A DNA stretch of 64,000 bases from an uncultured virus (IMG/VR IMGVR_UViG_3300009136_000003) (IMGVR_UViG_3300009136_000003), one strand, 5' to 3'; numbered from the stretch's first letter, positions 46,710-58,265 are shown. Notes: generated by a model not told the origin, from the sequence alone. Made by a program: numbers and translations.

Positions 46710-47669
46710 ATGATAAACGCAGTAAGAAACACAGTACTATCTGTGTTAAATAAAAATAATTACGGATACTTATCTCCGTCAGATTTCAACTTGTTTGCAA
46801 AACAGGCTCAGTTAGATATATTCGAGAATTACTTTTACGAATACAACTATCAAATAAACAAAGAGAATGCTCGTCAGTCAGGAGATGGATATGCTGATAT
46901 TACAAAGAGTATAGAGGAGGCTATTGATTTGTTTTCAGAAACAAAAGGATTAACTCAAAACTTTGAAAGTTTATATTTTGCACCCTCTCAAACTACTACA
47001 GGTAGTGATTACTATTTATTAAATAAAGTATTAATACAACAAGGACTTTTAGATGAGGGTACTACAACAGCAACCACAGGAGGTGGAAACAAATTAATTG
47101 ATGACCAAGCAGACTTTACAGTAGATGTAAATATAGGCGATATAGTAGCAGTAGAAAATAATGGTATAAAGTATGTTATAGTTACCTTAGTACAGGATTC
47201 AACAACACTTCAGACAACAGGAGGAAATTCTTTTTGGAACTCAATAGGGTTAAAGTATTCTATTTTTAAAAAAGGAAGCAATCTAGAAGAGGCAGAGCAA
47301 GTTGCTCATAGCAAGATAACTATGCTTTCTAACTCTATATATACCGCACCAACACTAACTTTCCCTGCTTATACTCAGGAAGATATTAATTTAACGGTAT
47401 ATCCTGATACAATAAAAGCGGTAGGGCAAGTAAAATCTCAGTACATAAGGTATCCTAAAACCCCAAAATGGACTTACATAGACTTACTAAACGGTGAGCC
47501 GGCATTTAATGCATCGGCTGCTGACTATCAAGACTTTGAAATACCATTAGACGATGAGGTTAATTTAATTTTAAAGATACTTCAATACGCAGGTGTATCT
47601 ATTAGAGAGTCAGAAATATATCAGTTTGCACAGGCAGAAGAACAACAAGATAATCAAGCACAACAATAA
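46710..47669 (+). CDS. Head-tail adaptor/ring protein (start MINAVR at 46710)
   Basis: LNKNNYGYLSPSDFN.FA..AQ N-terminus and YIRYP; crAss-like ring position. Confidence 0.65.
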   Translation: MINAVRNTVLSVLNKNNYGYLSPSDFNLFAKQAQLDIFENYFYEYNYQINKENARQSGDGYADITKSIEEAIDLFSETKGLTQNFESLYFAPSQTTTGSDYYLLNKVLIQQGLLDEGTTTATTGGGNKLIDDQADFTVDVNIGDIVAVENNGIKYVIVTLVQDSTTLQTTGGNSFWNSIGLKYSIFKKGSNLEEAEQVAHSKITMLSNSIYTAPTLTFPAYTQEDINLTVYPDTIKAVGQVKSQYIRYPKTPKWTYIDLLNGEPAFNASAADYQDFEIPLDDEVNLILKILQYAGVSIRESEIYQFAQAEEQQDNQAQQ

Positions 47670-48595
47670 TGGCATATATATCAGAATATCAGTATTACGA
47701 AAATGGGGGAGCAGCACCAATAGATAATAATTGGGGTTCATATCAGTATGTATCCTTGTATGATATAGTCAACAATTTTATGTTGATGTACGCAGGAAAC
47801 CATAGTCTTGTTAACAACGAAGAGAGATACAGAGTTTTATTTCACGCAAAACGTGCAGTTCAGGAACTAAATTATGATGCGTTTAAAGAGATAAAAATAT
47901 TAGAACTAAACGTAGATAGTCAGTTAAGGTTTGTACTTCCTCAAGATTATGTTAATTGGGTTAGAATATCTCAGTATAGAAACGGATTGTTATTTCCTTT
48001 AAGCGAAAATATTCAGACACAATCTTCTGCTGCATATCTTCAAGATAATACAGGAAAGATTTTATTTGATGTAGATGGTAATATTTTAAGACCTGAGTTT
48101 TCTAATCTTGATTATGATAGAATTGTAGGTATGGGGCAAAGTATATACTTAGACCAAAACAATGGACAGTTCAATGGACTTCCGGGATACAACTGTGATG
48201 GTAATTGGTATTTTGAGTTTGGTATTGGAGCAGCGTTTGGATTAAATACAGAGACTGCAAATGCAAACCCAACGTTTACTATTGATAAAGCTGCAGGTGT
48301 AATAAACTTTAGTTCAAGTATGGCTAATCAAATAGCTGTCCTTGAGTATGTTTCAGATGGAATGGAAGGCGGGGATGACTCTAGGGTTAATGTCAACAAG
48401 TTATTTGAGGAATATGTTTACGCATTTATTGAGTTCTCAATACTAAACTCTAAACTTAATGTTCAGGAGTATATTATAACAAGAGCAAGAAAACGCAAGG
48501 GAGCACTTCTAAGGAACGCAAAAATAAGAATAAGCAATATACATCCGGGAAGATTATTAATGAACCTGAGAGGTCAGGATAAGTGGATTAAGTAA
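47669..48595 (+). CDS. Second ring/tail tubular protein
   Basis: LPQDYVNWVRIS, LEYVSDG. Confidence 0.65.
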   Translation: MAYISEYQYYENGGAAPIDNNWGSYQYVSLYDIVNNFMLMYAGNHSLVNNEERYRVLFHAKRAVQELNYDAFKEIKILELNVDSQLRFVLPQDYVNWVRISQYRNGLLFPLSENIQTQSSAAYLQDNTGKILFDVDGNILRPEFSNLDYDRIVGMGQSIYLDQNNGQFNGLPGYNCDGNWYFEFGIGAAFGLNTETANANPTFTIDKAAGVINFSSSMANQIAVLEYVSDGMEGGDDSRVNVNKLFEEYVYAFIEFSILNSKLNVQEYIITRARKRKGALLRNAKIRISNIHPGRLLMNLRGQDKWIK

Positions 48596-48596
48596 T

Positions 48597-51500
48597 ATGG
48601 CAAACACATCTAGAAATTTTATTAAGGGTATAATGAACAAGTCGCTAGATGAGCGAATTATTCCTAACGGACAATATATTGATGCGTTGAATGTTCGTAT
48701 GGGTTCTACTGAAGGTTCAGAGGTTGGTGTTATAGAAAACACCAAAGGAAACGAGCTATTGACAAGTCTTTCTTTTGAAGGAAATGCTTTAAGCTCATCA
48801 GCTAGATGTATTGGTGCTTATGAGGATGGTGCTAACGAGACCTTGTATTGGTTTATTCACGACAGTAATTTTCCTTCTTCTCCTACAAATAAGATTGACT
48901 TGATAGTATCGTATGATACTAAAACAAGCAGTACACAATATCATATTATTTCTATAGATAGCGGATTATCAGATGGTAACACAACTTTAAATTTTAATCC
49001 AAAGTATCTTATAACAGGGGTAAATAAAATAGAAGAATTATTATATTTTACAGACAACTATACAGACCCAAAACAAATAAATGTAACAAAAAATTATACC
49101 AATCCTGAATCAGGTGTTGATACTTTTTCTTTAGAGTCATTGCTTGTTATTAAAAAACCTCCGACAACATCTCCTATTATTGAGCCTGTTACAACTAGTA
49201 CTACAAGTAACTTTTTAGAGGACAGGTTTATTTCTTTTGCATACAGGTATAGGTATGAGGATGGGGAATACTCTGCAACATCTCAGTTTAGTAACCCTGC
49301 TTTTATACCGGGTGCATTTAACTATAACTTTGCAACTGCATTAAATGGAGGTATGTTAAATACTAAGAACGCAGTTAACGTTACTTATAACACAGGAGGC
49401 CCTTTAGTTAAGTCTATTGACTTATTATTTAAGGATATGAATTCTTCTGTAATTAAAATTATAGAGAAAATAAATAAAGAAGAAGACGGTATACCTAATA
49501 ATGTTGAGCGACAATATATTTTTGACAATAGCAAAATATTTACAGTACTCCCCTCGTCAGAGATATTAAGACTTTTTGACAATGTACCTAGACTAGCTGA
49601 CGCTCAGACTCTTATGGGTAATAGGCTTATGTATGGAAACTATCTTGAGGGATATGACTTAAAAGATGCAGATGGTAACGTCACTAAATTAGAGTATGTT
49701 ACAACTTTTGATTCTGAAGAAGTTGGATTAGAACAACTTAGCTACGCAAATGGGCCGGGTTTATATAATTGGGTTGGGTCTGAAACAATACCAAAAGCTG
49801 TGATACAAATAAATTTTGCAGGCATAGAGCTTAAAGCAGGTAGTATTATTAATATAACATTAAGATTTAGCTTTTCTAAATGGTCAGGTGCAACTCCATC
49901 ACCTATTGAAGAGCTTCAAGAGACAACTATAGATTTTGCGTATACACTACAAAGTGATTTCAACAATCCTTACGAGCTTTCTATTTTCCCTGACTTTGTA
50001 CAAAGAATAGGTGAGGTAGGTACTATACAGACTGTAGAAAACTGTAGTCTAGGTACAACGTTTACAGATATATTTAATTGTTCAATTTCAAATGAGGTAA
50101 GCATTCCTGCACCTGTAGGAGGCTCTGCATTTAAGTTTGCAAGTGGTATTAGCTCAGGAGGACAGCCTATACGAATTATTTCTGCAATAGGTTCTAATGT
50201 AATTAGTTTTCAGCTTCCTGCAATGCAATACGTAGACAATGTTCTTGCTCCGACTAGAAGTTATTATGAGTATTATCAAATAAATTTATCATCAGTTTAT
50301 TTTCAAGAGGTTGGAGACCCAAAAAGTTTACATAGCAACAGGGGGTATGAGATTGGAATAGTATATATGGATGAGTTTAATCGTATGACTACTGCATTGG
50401 TTAGTGAACAAAACACAGTACAAATACCTTGCTCTGCTTCAGTAACTAAAAACTCTATACAGGTAAATATACCACCTTCTCAAATAGCACCTTCTTGGGC
50501 AACACGGTATAAGTTTGTTATTAAGCCTGACAAAGAGGATTATAATGTTATTTACTCTAATTTCTTTTTTAGAGACCCAAGTTCAGGTTCAGATTACTTT
50601 TTGCTTGAAGGACAAAACTCAACAAAAATAGAATTAGGGGATGAACTAATTGTAAAGGCAGACACACAGGGTGCAAGACAGAATTGTACTTGGACTACAG
50701 TATTAGAAAAAGAAGCACAGCAACAAGATTTTTTAAAGCCTCCTCCTGTGGATGAGAATGCTAATGATATACTTCTTCCGGGAGGAGTTTATATGAAACT
50801 TCAAGCTAATAATTTCTCTACAGAATTAAAACCAAATTCAAACATATCACCGGGTGAAATTGCAGAATCATCTTCTAGCGGTGGAACGTGTCCTATAGTG
50901 CAATACCCCACACAACTTTATAATGATTTAACAAATGCGTGGGAGGATATAGAAATATTGGCAGGTTCTAGAGTATCTATAAGAATTAGTAACAACAGAA
51001 GAGGTAACGAGAGTGCAATGTGGGGTGGTGTTGATAAAAGAAATTGGGAGGTAGACACTAGCTTTATTTCAAATGATGATTATGGCTCTTTTTATCTATG
51101 GTTTAATGGGGATAATATTGCTCCTGCGTTAGAAGCTCAGGCAGTAGAAAAAATTCCAACCGATTGGGAGTTTAATTATACTGATGTTCTTGGAGGATTA
51201 TCTAATGTTTGTAATGATACCACTATATCTTTAGCGTTTATAGATTTAGGAGCTAATGGAGGAATGAGGTTGCAGGTTAAGGGAAGTCTAGGATATAGTA
51301 ATGAAAAGAAAAGAACTAACTTACAAGTAGAAATAGCTATAATACTTTCTAATAGTACAATTATTTTTGAGTCAGACCCTCAAGATGCATCACCTGATTT
51401 ATGGTACGAGTCTTCTGAGTCTTACTCTATCGATTCATTAGGACAACACACAGGAAATTTTCAAAATCAAAATTTTTCTGCAAACATACCCGCCATTATA

Positions 51501-53447
51501 CGTACTGCATTTTTTAATTGCTATGCGTTTGGTAATGGTGCGGAAAGTTTTAAGATTCAAGACTCTATAGTTGGCAAAGAACTTGTTTTAGGAAACAGAG
51601 CTACAACAACAGACTCTGAAGTTTATGGTGAGGAAAGAAGATTTTCTGATATTACTTATAGTGGAGTTTTTAACCCTGAGTCAAACATAAATAAGCTAAA
51701 TGAATTTAATGGTGGACTCTTAAACTTTAAAAAACTAGAGACATCGTTTGGCCCTATTAGAAAATTATTTGCAAGAGAGACTGATGTGTTGTCGCTACAA
51801 GAGGATAAGATATCTTATGTATTAGCAGGCAAGAATTTATTGTCTGACGCAGCAGGAGGAAATGCTTTAACGTCAGTACCTGAAGTTTTAGGAACTCAGA
51901 TTGCAAGGATAGAGGAGTTTGGAATATCAAACAATGCTGAGAGTTTTGCTGAGTGGGGTTCAGATAAATATTTTACGGATGCCAAGAGAGGTGTTGTTAT
52001 AAACTTAAAAGGTTCAAGTGCTCAGAACGAGCAGCTTCAAGTAATATCATCAAGTGGTATGCGTACTTGGTTTAGAGACCTGTTTAATGAAACTTTTACA
52101 AGTCAAAAGTTAGGTGGGTTTGACCCATATATGAACGAGTTTGTGTTGTCGTCTAATAGAATTAAAAAACCTACAATCGAAGTATGCAAGAACTGTGGCA
52201 TAACAGAGTCGTTTGTAATTAAAGATGTTGGATATCAGTACTGCTATAATGTAGGAGAATTGGTTGGAACGGTTGATGTTAACTACAGCGTAGAGCTTCC
52301 TGTGACAGGAACGTTTGAGGTTATAGCTCTTTATAATGGCGTTGTTACTACTACAGGTAGTGTTAGCACAAGTGGGGTATTAACATTCACAAAAGATGAG
52401 GTGTTAGTAAATGAGGTTTTAATTAGTATAATTCCAACACAAAGTATAGATATAAGTTTAACTGTTGATTGCCCTATAGGAGACATTGTTACTATTGTTT
52501 TAGTAAATATTAGTAATGACGCTGATGCAGGGGAGACAATACACGATGAGTACAGATGGACAGATTCAGCATTTCAGTCTCCATTACATTCATCGGGCGT
52601 TACTTTTTTATCAGGGCCAAGTCCTATAGTTTCTTTATATGAAACAATTACAGGGCCTCAAGGTGGTGGTGTTATACCATCAAATAATGCCACGATAACA
52701 ATAAGTTCAGATAAAAAAAGTACTGACACGTATGATTTTAATATTAATTCAGACAACTTTAGATACCTAAGAACTAATATATTATACGCTAATACAACCA
52801 CGCAGATTCAGTCATTACTTTTATCAAGCACAATACCGACACCAATAAATATTCCTACAGGAGGAAATACTGCGTATACTGCTAGTTTTAATATGCCAAA
52901 TACAGGTCAGTATTTATATCTTATTTGGGACTATAGAGATGCTACACCAATAGATTTGTGTTACGACAACGGTACTGCTCAGGCAGCTTGTTGTAATTGC
53001 CCTGCAAGTAGTTCTATATTTTTACTTGAAGACTGTGAGTCAGGAGCACAATTTACTGTTGAAGATACATACCAAAACGGAATAGGAATTAACTCAGTTG
53101 TTCAGTACGTTCAAGGAGTAGGAGCAGGTGCAGGGACATTTGTTTACTGTGGCCGTATAATTAACTTTGGTGTTACCGCAAACGCAACCTTATATTCTAA
53201 TGAAACTCAAACCTGTGGGGATGTTTCAAATTGTAACTTTGATTCCGCTGTAAGTTGTTCTCAATATACTGTATCCACATACGCAAATACAGGACAGGGG
53301 TATTCATACACAGATTGTAATGGAGTATTCAGGAGTGAATTTATAGGTGGCTCAAACGGATATGATTCAGATACATTCTGTGCTCAAACAGGCTCAGTAG
53401 ACCCCGGAAGCAATTACCTATCATTTGACGGAGATTGTCAATTTTAA
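48597..53447 (+). CDS. Tail stabilization/muzzle-like protein with a Cys-rich C-terminal extension
   Basis: MNKSLDER.IPNGQY.DALNVR, LYFTDN, GNRLMYGNY, YFTDAKRG, LGGFDPY. Confidence 0.75.
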   Translation: MANTSRNFIKGIMNKSLDERIIPNGQYIDALNVRMGSTEGSEVGVIENTKGNELLTSLSFEGNALSSSARCIGAYEDGANETLYWFIHDSNFPSSPTNKIDLIVSYDTKTSSTQYHIISIDSGLSDGNTTLNFNPKYLITGVNKIEELLYFTDNYTDPKQINVTKNYTNPESGVDTFSLESLLVIKKPPTTSPIIEPVTTSTTSNFLEDRFISFAYRYRYEDGEYSATSQFSNPAFIPGAFNYNFATALNGGMLNTKNAVNVTYNTGGPLVKSIDLLFKDMNSSVIKIIEKINKEEDGIPNNVERQYIFDNSKIFTVLPSSEILRLFDNVPRLADAQTLMGNRLMYGNYLEGYDLKDADGNVTKLEYVTTFDSEEVGLEQLSYANGPGLYNWVGSETIPKAVIQINFAGIELKAGSIINITLRFSFSKWSGATPSPIEELQETTIDFAYTLQSDFNNPYELSIFPDFVQRIGEVGTIQTVENCSLGTTFTDIFNCSISNEVSIPAPVGGSAFKFASGISSGGQPIRIISAIGSNVISFQLPAMQYVDNVLAPTRSYYEYYQINLSSVYFQEVGDPKSLHSNRGYEIGIVYMDEFNRMTTALVSEQNTVQIPCSASVTKNSIQVNIPPSQIAPSWATRYKFVIKPDKEDYNVIYSNFFFRDPSSGSDYFLLEGQNSTKIELGDELIVKADTQGARQNCTWTTVLEKEAQQQDFLKPPPVDENANDILLPGGVYMKLQANNFSTELKPNSNISPGEIAESSSSGGTCPIVQYPTQLYNDLTNAWEDIEILAGSRVSIRISNNRRGNESAMWGGVDKRNWEVDTSFISNDDYGSFYLWFNGDNIAPALEAQAVEKIPTDWEFNYTDVLGGLSNVCNDTTISLAFIDLGANGGMRLQVKGSLGYSNEKKRTNLQVEIAIILSNSTIIFESDPQDASPDLWYESSESYSIDSLGQHTGNFQNQNFSANIPAIIRTAFFNCYAFGNGAESFKIQDSIVGKELVLGNRATTTDSEVYGEERRFSDITYSGVFNPESNINKLNEFNGGLLNFKKLETSFGPIRKLFARETDVLSLQEDKISYVLAGKNLLSDAAGGNALTSVPEVLGTQIARIEEFGISNNAESFAEWGSDKYFTDAKRGVVINLKGSSAQNEQLQVISSSGMRTWFRDLFNETFTSQKLGGFDPYMNEFVLSSNRIKKPTIEVCKNCGITESFVIKDVGYQYCYNVGELVGTVDVNYSVELPVTGTFEVIALYNGVVTTTGSVSTSGVLTFTKDEVLVNEVLISIIPTQSIDISLTVDCPIGDIVTIVLVNISNDADAGETIHDEYRWTDSAFQSPLHSSGVTFLSGPSPIVSLYETITGPQGGGVIPSNNATITISSDKKSTDTYDFNINSDNFRYLRTNILYANTTTQIQSLLLSSTIPTPINIPTGGNTAYTASFNMPNTGQYLYLIWDYRDATPIDLCYDNGTAQAACCNCPASSSIFLLEDCESGAQFTVEDTYQNGIGINSVVQYVQGVGAGAGTFVYCGRIINFGVTANATLYSNETQTCGDVSNCNFDSAVSCSQYTVSTYANTGQGYSYTDCNGVFRSEFIGGSNGYDSDTFCAQTGSVDPGSNYLSFDGDCQF

Positions 53448-53460
53448 AATAAAATAAACT

Positions 53461-53919
53461 ATGGCAGTATATTACTTAGACGGAACAACACTATCAAACT
53501 CAACAGCAATATACGCTGATGTGGAGTTAACTATCTGCGAGTCAGATGGGTTTTACTCTGATGGTGTTATTGTTAGACAGTTAGTTAATTGTGTATTACT
53601 TAATGTTCAGAGCTGTCCGAGTTGCCCTGACCCTAACCCTCCTAGCTATACGATATATCGTTCTGCAATACAATCAGATTGTACTAATTTCTGTCCCGGT
53701 AACGCACCTAATTTTTTAATTTCTGTATCAGTACAGTCACCTTCTATTTGGACGGATTTAAGTCTTGGTGATGAATTGCCATTGGCTGACGGATGGTATG
53801 CAACTGCGGCTACATCTACAGATACAGCAACAGGTAATTATAAAATGTATAATATGTTAAATGGTCAAATATCAGATATAAGAGTATGCTCTGCTACAGG
53901 GCAATGCCAAGCACAATAA
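53461..53919 (+). CDS. Small Cys-rich virion protein
   Basis: Two DG(F/W)Y repeats and many Cys residues. Confidence 0.7.
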   Translation: MAVYYLDGTTLSNSTAIYADVELTICESDGFYSDGVIVRQLVNCVLLNVQSCPSCPDPNPPSYTIYRSAIQSDCTNFCPGNAPNFLISVSVQSPSIWTDLSLGDELPLADGWYATAATSTDTATGNYKMYNMLNGQISDIRVCSATGQCQAQ

Positions 53920-53932
53920 ATAAAATATAAAT

Positions 53933-54736
53933 ATGTCCTTACCAACAAATACAAATAATACTTTAACATACGATAGCCAAGCAGGAGGTTGGCCATCGTT
54001 TTATTCTTACTTTCCTGATTGGATGATTGGTATGAATAATTACTTCTATTCGTTCAAAGAGGGTAACCTTTACCGTCATAATACCAACGAGGTACGTAAT
54101 AATTTTTATGGAGTTCAATATACAAGTACGGTACAGTCTGTATTTAATGAAGGCCCTCTTGAAAATAAACTATTTAAAACCATTAACATAGAGGGAGATT
54201 CAGCTTGGGGTGTTACATTGCAAACTGATATACAGGACTCAGGATTTATTGAGGCAGGTTGGTTTGAAGAAAAGGAGGCATCATTCTATGCCTTTGTAAG
54301 AAACTCAGGTACTGTTCCTGCACAAACTAGCGAGTATGTGTTACGCTCTTTAAATGGTATTGGAAGTAGTGAAACCATTACAGGAGCAGCAGACACTATT
54401 AATTTCTCTACAGACATCGAGCTAGACACTATGATGTCAGTTGGTGATATGATGTATTATATTAATAGTCTAAGTAATACACCCACTCTTGCAGGGCAAA
54501 TAGAGATTATAAATATAAACCTACAGTCAGGAGTTAATCAAGTTACAATAGACACCTCAGTATCCGGTAGTGTTCCTATTGCAGGACAAGAGATTTTCTT
54601 TTTCTATATTAAGAACTCAGTTGCAGAGTCTCACGGAGTTTTAGGTCACTACTGTGTTTTTGATATTGTAAACACCTCAACAGAAAAAATAAACTTATTT
54701 ACAGTCGAGAGTGAAGTAATGAAAAGTTATCCGTAA
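53933..54736 (+). CDS. Separate gene resembling the C-terminal part of a muzzle/stabilization protein
   Basis: TLTYD...WPSFYSY.P...NNYFYSF..G.LY.H...NNFYGVQY...KLFKTI. Confidence 0.6.
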   Translation: MSLPTNTNNTLTYDSQAGGWPSFYSYFPDWMIGMNNYFYSFKEGNLYRHNTNEVRNNFYGVQYTSTVQSVFNEGPLENKLFKTINIEGDSAWGVTLQTDIQDSGFIEAGWFEEKEASFYAFVRNSGTVPAQTSEYVLRSLNGIGSSETITGAADTINFSTDIELDTMMSVGDMMYYINSLSNTPTLAGQIEIININLQSGVNQVTIDTSVSGSVPIAGQEIFFFYIKNSVAESHGVLGHYCVFDIVNTSTEKINLFTVESEVMKSYP

Positions 54737-54754
54737 AATTCGTACCTTTGCTAT

Positions 54755-55252
54755 ATGGTAGAAGAAGACCAAGGAATACAAATACTTGAAGATGTAACCT
54801 CACATACAGGTATGTTGTGGGAAAGAATTTCTTTGTTTAGAAAACAAATACAAGAAATTCCGGGAGCACTAGAGCATCATACTACTGAGATGGATGAGGC
54901 TATGCCTCTAAAGCATCATATAAAAGATGGTGTATACACGAGAGAAATATTTATGCCAAAGGGTATGGTCGTTATAAGTTTCATACACAAGACAAACCAC
55001 CCATCATTTTTTATGAGTGGCGAGATGTCTATAATTACAGACAAGGCAGAGGTTAAAAGAATAAAAGCACCAATGGTTTTACAGACTGAAATGGGCACAC
55101 AGAGAATAGCTTATATGCACGAGGACTGTGTATGGGCGTGTGTATACAGGACAGATTCAGAGACAGTTGAAGATGCAGAGAAGGAGTTGTACACAGAAAA
55201 TTTTATGGAACTCCCTGAGTATATAATAAATAAAAATAAGCAAATACAATAG
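54755..55252 (+). CDS. Cupin-like protein
   Basis: HH..DGVYTREIFMPKG....FIHKTNH. Confidence 0.6.
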   Translation: MVEEDQGIQILEDVTSHTGMLWERISLFRKQIQEIPGALEHHTTEMDEAMPLKHHIKDGVYTREIFMPKGMVVISFIHKTNHPSFFMSGEMSIITDKAEVKRIKAPMVLQTEMGTQRIAYMHEDCVWACVYRTDSETVEDAEKELYTENFMELPEYIINKNKQIQ

Positions 55253-55254
55253 TT

Positions 55255-56241
55255 ATGGCAGCAGTAGCAAGTTCAATAATAGCGGCATCAGTAGCAATAG
55301 CAGCAGCAGGAACAGGGATGGCGATGTCTTTTGACGCAGCAGCAAAAGCAAGAAAAAAAGAAGAGCAAGCATTGGCTGAGGTTAAAAATAAAATGTCAGC
55401 CGCTCGTAAGAAGCTAGAAACCAATTATATGGATGTCTTAGCTATTAACAAAGAACCGTTTGAAAGACAGCGTGAGGCTTTATTATCAGCCGGAGCACAA
55501 GCTCTTGAGGCAGGTATTGAAAGCGAAAGAGGTGGAGCTGCTACAGCAGGTAGACTTTTAGCTGCACAGAACGAGGCACAGGGTCAGGTTCGTGACGCAC
55601 AGAGCGATAGACTTTTCGACCTTGAGGCGGCACAGGCGGAAGAGGATTCAAGGCTTAGAGATATAGGTGTTCAGTTAGACTTGGGTGAGGTTGCAGGTGC
55701 TCAAGATGCAGCAGCGGCAGCAGCAGACAAGGCGGCTATGATGACAAACCAAGGTTTACAAGGTGTTGTAAACACAGCAGCAGCAATAGGTTCAGCAGCT
55801 CCGTTGTACGCTAAAAGTGGAGCAGCAAGACAGGCGGCTGTTATTAACAGACAGGGTGGCGGACAAGACGCAGTAAATGATACAGTTAGTTCACTTAATG
55901 ACAATTTTACAGTTGGAATGACAAGTAGCGACAAAGTAGGATTCAATGTAGGTGATGTTAAAACTGCAGCAACACTAGGTTCAGGTGTTGATGGTGAGGC
56001 AGGTTATGTTGCTCCTACTCCTGAAGTTTTGTATTCAGAACCAAGTTCTGATTTTGCAGCCGCTACAAATAAGTATAAAGGTGTAGATATTACTGAAATA
56101 ATGAACAACCCAAGCAAACAAGAATTTGATGCTTTTATGTCAAAGCAAGACCCTAAATGGGCAAGAGATTTTAGGAAAAATGCATTAGGAATAAAGACAA
56201 AAGCAGGTCAAGCAATAGATTTTTTAAACCCTTTTAACTAA
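55255..56241 (+). CDS. Putative internal virion/ejection protein
   Basis: Ala/Gly-rich hydrophobic N-terminus and coiled coil. Confidence 0.6.
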   Translation: MAAVASSIIAASVAIAAAGTGMAMSFDAAAKARKKEEQALAEVKNKMSAARKKLETNYMDVLAINKEPFERQREALLSAGAQALEAGIESERGGAATAGRLLAAQNEAQGQVRDAQSDRLFDLEAAQAEEDSRLRDIGVQLDLGEVAGAQDAAAAAADKAAMMTNQGLQGVVNTAAAIGSAAPLYAKSGAARQAAVINRQGGGQDAVNDTVSSLNDNFTVGMTSSDKVGFNVGDVKTAATLGSGVDGEAGYVAPTPEVLYSEPSSDFAAATNKYKGVDITEIMNNPSKQEFDAFMSKQDPKWARDFRKNALGIKTKAGQAIDFLNPFN

Positions 56242-56245
56242 GACT

Positions 56246-58240
56246 ATGAGTTACTATAAATACAAACCTCGTGACCCACAAGTACAGGTAAATTGGACAG
56301 AAGCGGCAAGTAACCTTACAGCGGTTATTCAGGATGAGGTAACTCTCAGAAAAGAAAAGAAGTCGGCTATTGATGAGGCAACTCGTGAATACCAAGACCA
56401 ACTAAACAATCAGCCACAAGGCGAGAGCACCTCTATAAGAGAGTGGGGATTAAAGTTTGGCGACCAAGCTCAGAAACAAATGATGATGCAAGAGCAGCTT
56501 TTAAAAAGCGGTATGCTCAATCCAAACGATTACACTCTAATGCGTCAGAATCTAGTTGACGGAACAGACCAAGCTTTTTCATTAATGGAACACTACCAAG
56601 AGGTATACGCAAACAAGATGGAGCGTATGAATTCACAAGATATAGCTACATCATCTCAAGCACTTGAAGTTTGGATGATGGAGAATGCAGAGGGGTTTGC
56701 TAATTTTAATAACAGTCAGTTAGCCATTAATCCTGAGACAGGAAAGGTTACTGCGGCTATGATGAGAACTAACTCTGAGACAGGCGAAAGAGAACTAACC
56801 AAAGACCCTAATCAGTTTGTAGCGGTAAGTGCATTACAGGGTCAGATACTTACGGAGTATGATAAGTTTGACGTAGGGGCTGTGTCTTCAAAGTTTGTTG
56901 AGGAAACAGGGGCTTGGACTACAATAGAAAAGCTAACAGGTAGTAGGCTAGAGGCAGGTCAGTTGCTTACAAGCATTGACCCAACATCAAAAACATTAAC
57001 TGAAGTAGACAGGGCGGCACTTGCAAAAGCATACCCCGGAGAAGATATGGCGAGTATTATTGATATTTATCTTTCAGCAGAGAACGCAGCGATAGATGGT
57101 ATCTTTGGAAACCCTTATAACCTAACATCTGTACTTACAGAGAATGTTGTTATGGCTGACAATGGAAAGAACTATACTTTTACCTACGATGAAGCTGAAG
57201 CCAATGCAAACCCTGAAATGATTCTTATGGAAAGACAGGGCGAGAGAAATGTCCCTGTGTTTGATGAAAGCAGAAACAAACACGCAGCAGAACAAGAAAA
57301 AGCTATACGCTCTTGGATGCGTGTTGATATTAGAAATAAAATAAACAAAGAAGAAAAAGCTGTGTCTGTTAAAGATTACACTCCTCCTACTTATGCTCCT
57401 AATTATACTGACCCTAAAGATGTAAGGGATGAAAAGAGGAAACTTAAAGAAGGAAAAGGACTTCAATCTCTTTGGAACTCTATGTTTGGTGCTACTGCTG
57501 AAGAAAGAAAAGGTATTGTACAAAATATAATGTCTAACCCTCTTGCTAGAAAAAAGGGACTTATAGCACTTATACCTTCTGATGATGGAAGTAGTATAGA
57601 GTTTATTTTTAATAATGACACACCTAGCAGGACAGTAGATATTTCAGGAGCTACAGGTGAGTCTTGGGCTCAGTTAGGTATTGAACTTACTGATTTAACT
57701 TTAGAAGATGCAGGTGTAGCAGATGGTGTTTATAATACGGACTTTAAAGATGTTGGTGCAGACAGAAATTTATGGCAAAAATATAATGTAGAAATAGACA
57801 ATATGTTTGAATCTGATTTAGGTCAAATGAATTATACTAAAGAAGAAGATGAAGGGTTCTTAGGACAGAAAGAAGGCCTTGTTGCAGATAAACTAAATGA
57901 GCTATATGGGAAATACGGACTTGTTGTAAAACCATCGAATAACGCAATTGATAATGAGGTAATTCTTACAATGTCAGGATATAATGGTACTACTGAGTTT
58001 CCTTCAACAAAAACTTTTAGCACAAATATATATACAAATGTAAACCAAGATAAAGAGTTACGAGAAATGCAAAAATGGATTACAGCAGCTCTTGCATCAA
58101 CAAATAGAGTTGGTATGCTTGCTAAAGATAAAGGATTCTCAGGTAAAAAAGAGTTAACACCTGCACCTGCTGCACAATATGGCCCTTGTGTTGATGGGAA
58201 AAAATTAGACAACGAATCAGGAGTACCTGTAGACTGTTAA
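56246..58240 (+). CDS. Putative internal virion/ejection protein
   Basis: 664 aa, between the small ejection protein and the giant protein. Confidence 0.6.
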   Translation: MSYYKYKPRDPQVQVNWTEAASNLTAVIQDEVTLRKEKKSAIDEATREYQDQLNNQPQGESTSIREWGLKFGDQAQKQMMMQEQLLKSGMLNPNDYTLMRQNLVDGTDQAFSLMEHYQEVYANKMERMNSQDIATSSQALEVWMMENAEGFANFNNSQLAINPETGKVTAAMMRTNSETGERELTKDPNQFVAVSALQGQILTEYDKFDVGAVSSKFVEETGAWTTIEKLTGSRLEAGQLLTSIDPTSKTLTEVDRAALAKAYPGEDMASIIDIYLSAENAAIDGIFGNPYNLTSVLTENVVMADNGKNYTFTYDEAEANANPEMILMERQGERNVPVFDESRNKHAAEQEKAIRSWMRVDIRNKINKEEKAVSVKDYTPPTYAPNYTDPKDVRDEKRKLKEGKGLQSLWNSMFGATAEERKGIVQNIMSNPLARKKGLIALIPSDDGSSIEFIFNNDTPSRTVDISGATGESWAQLGIELTDLTLEDAGVADGVYNTDFKDVGADRNLWQKYNVEIDNMFESDLGQMNYTKEEDEGFLGQKEGLVADKLNELYGKYGLVVKPSNNAIDNEVILTMSGYNGTTEFPSTKTFSTNIYTNVNQDKELREMQKWITAALASTNRVGMLAKDKGFSGKKELTPAPAAQYGPCVDGKKLDNESGVPVDC

Positions 58241-58265
58241 CGGTAATTGTAATAAAAAAAAATAA

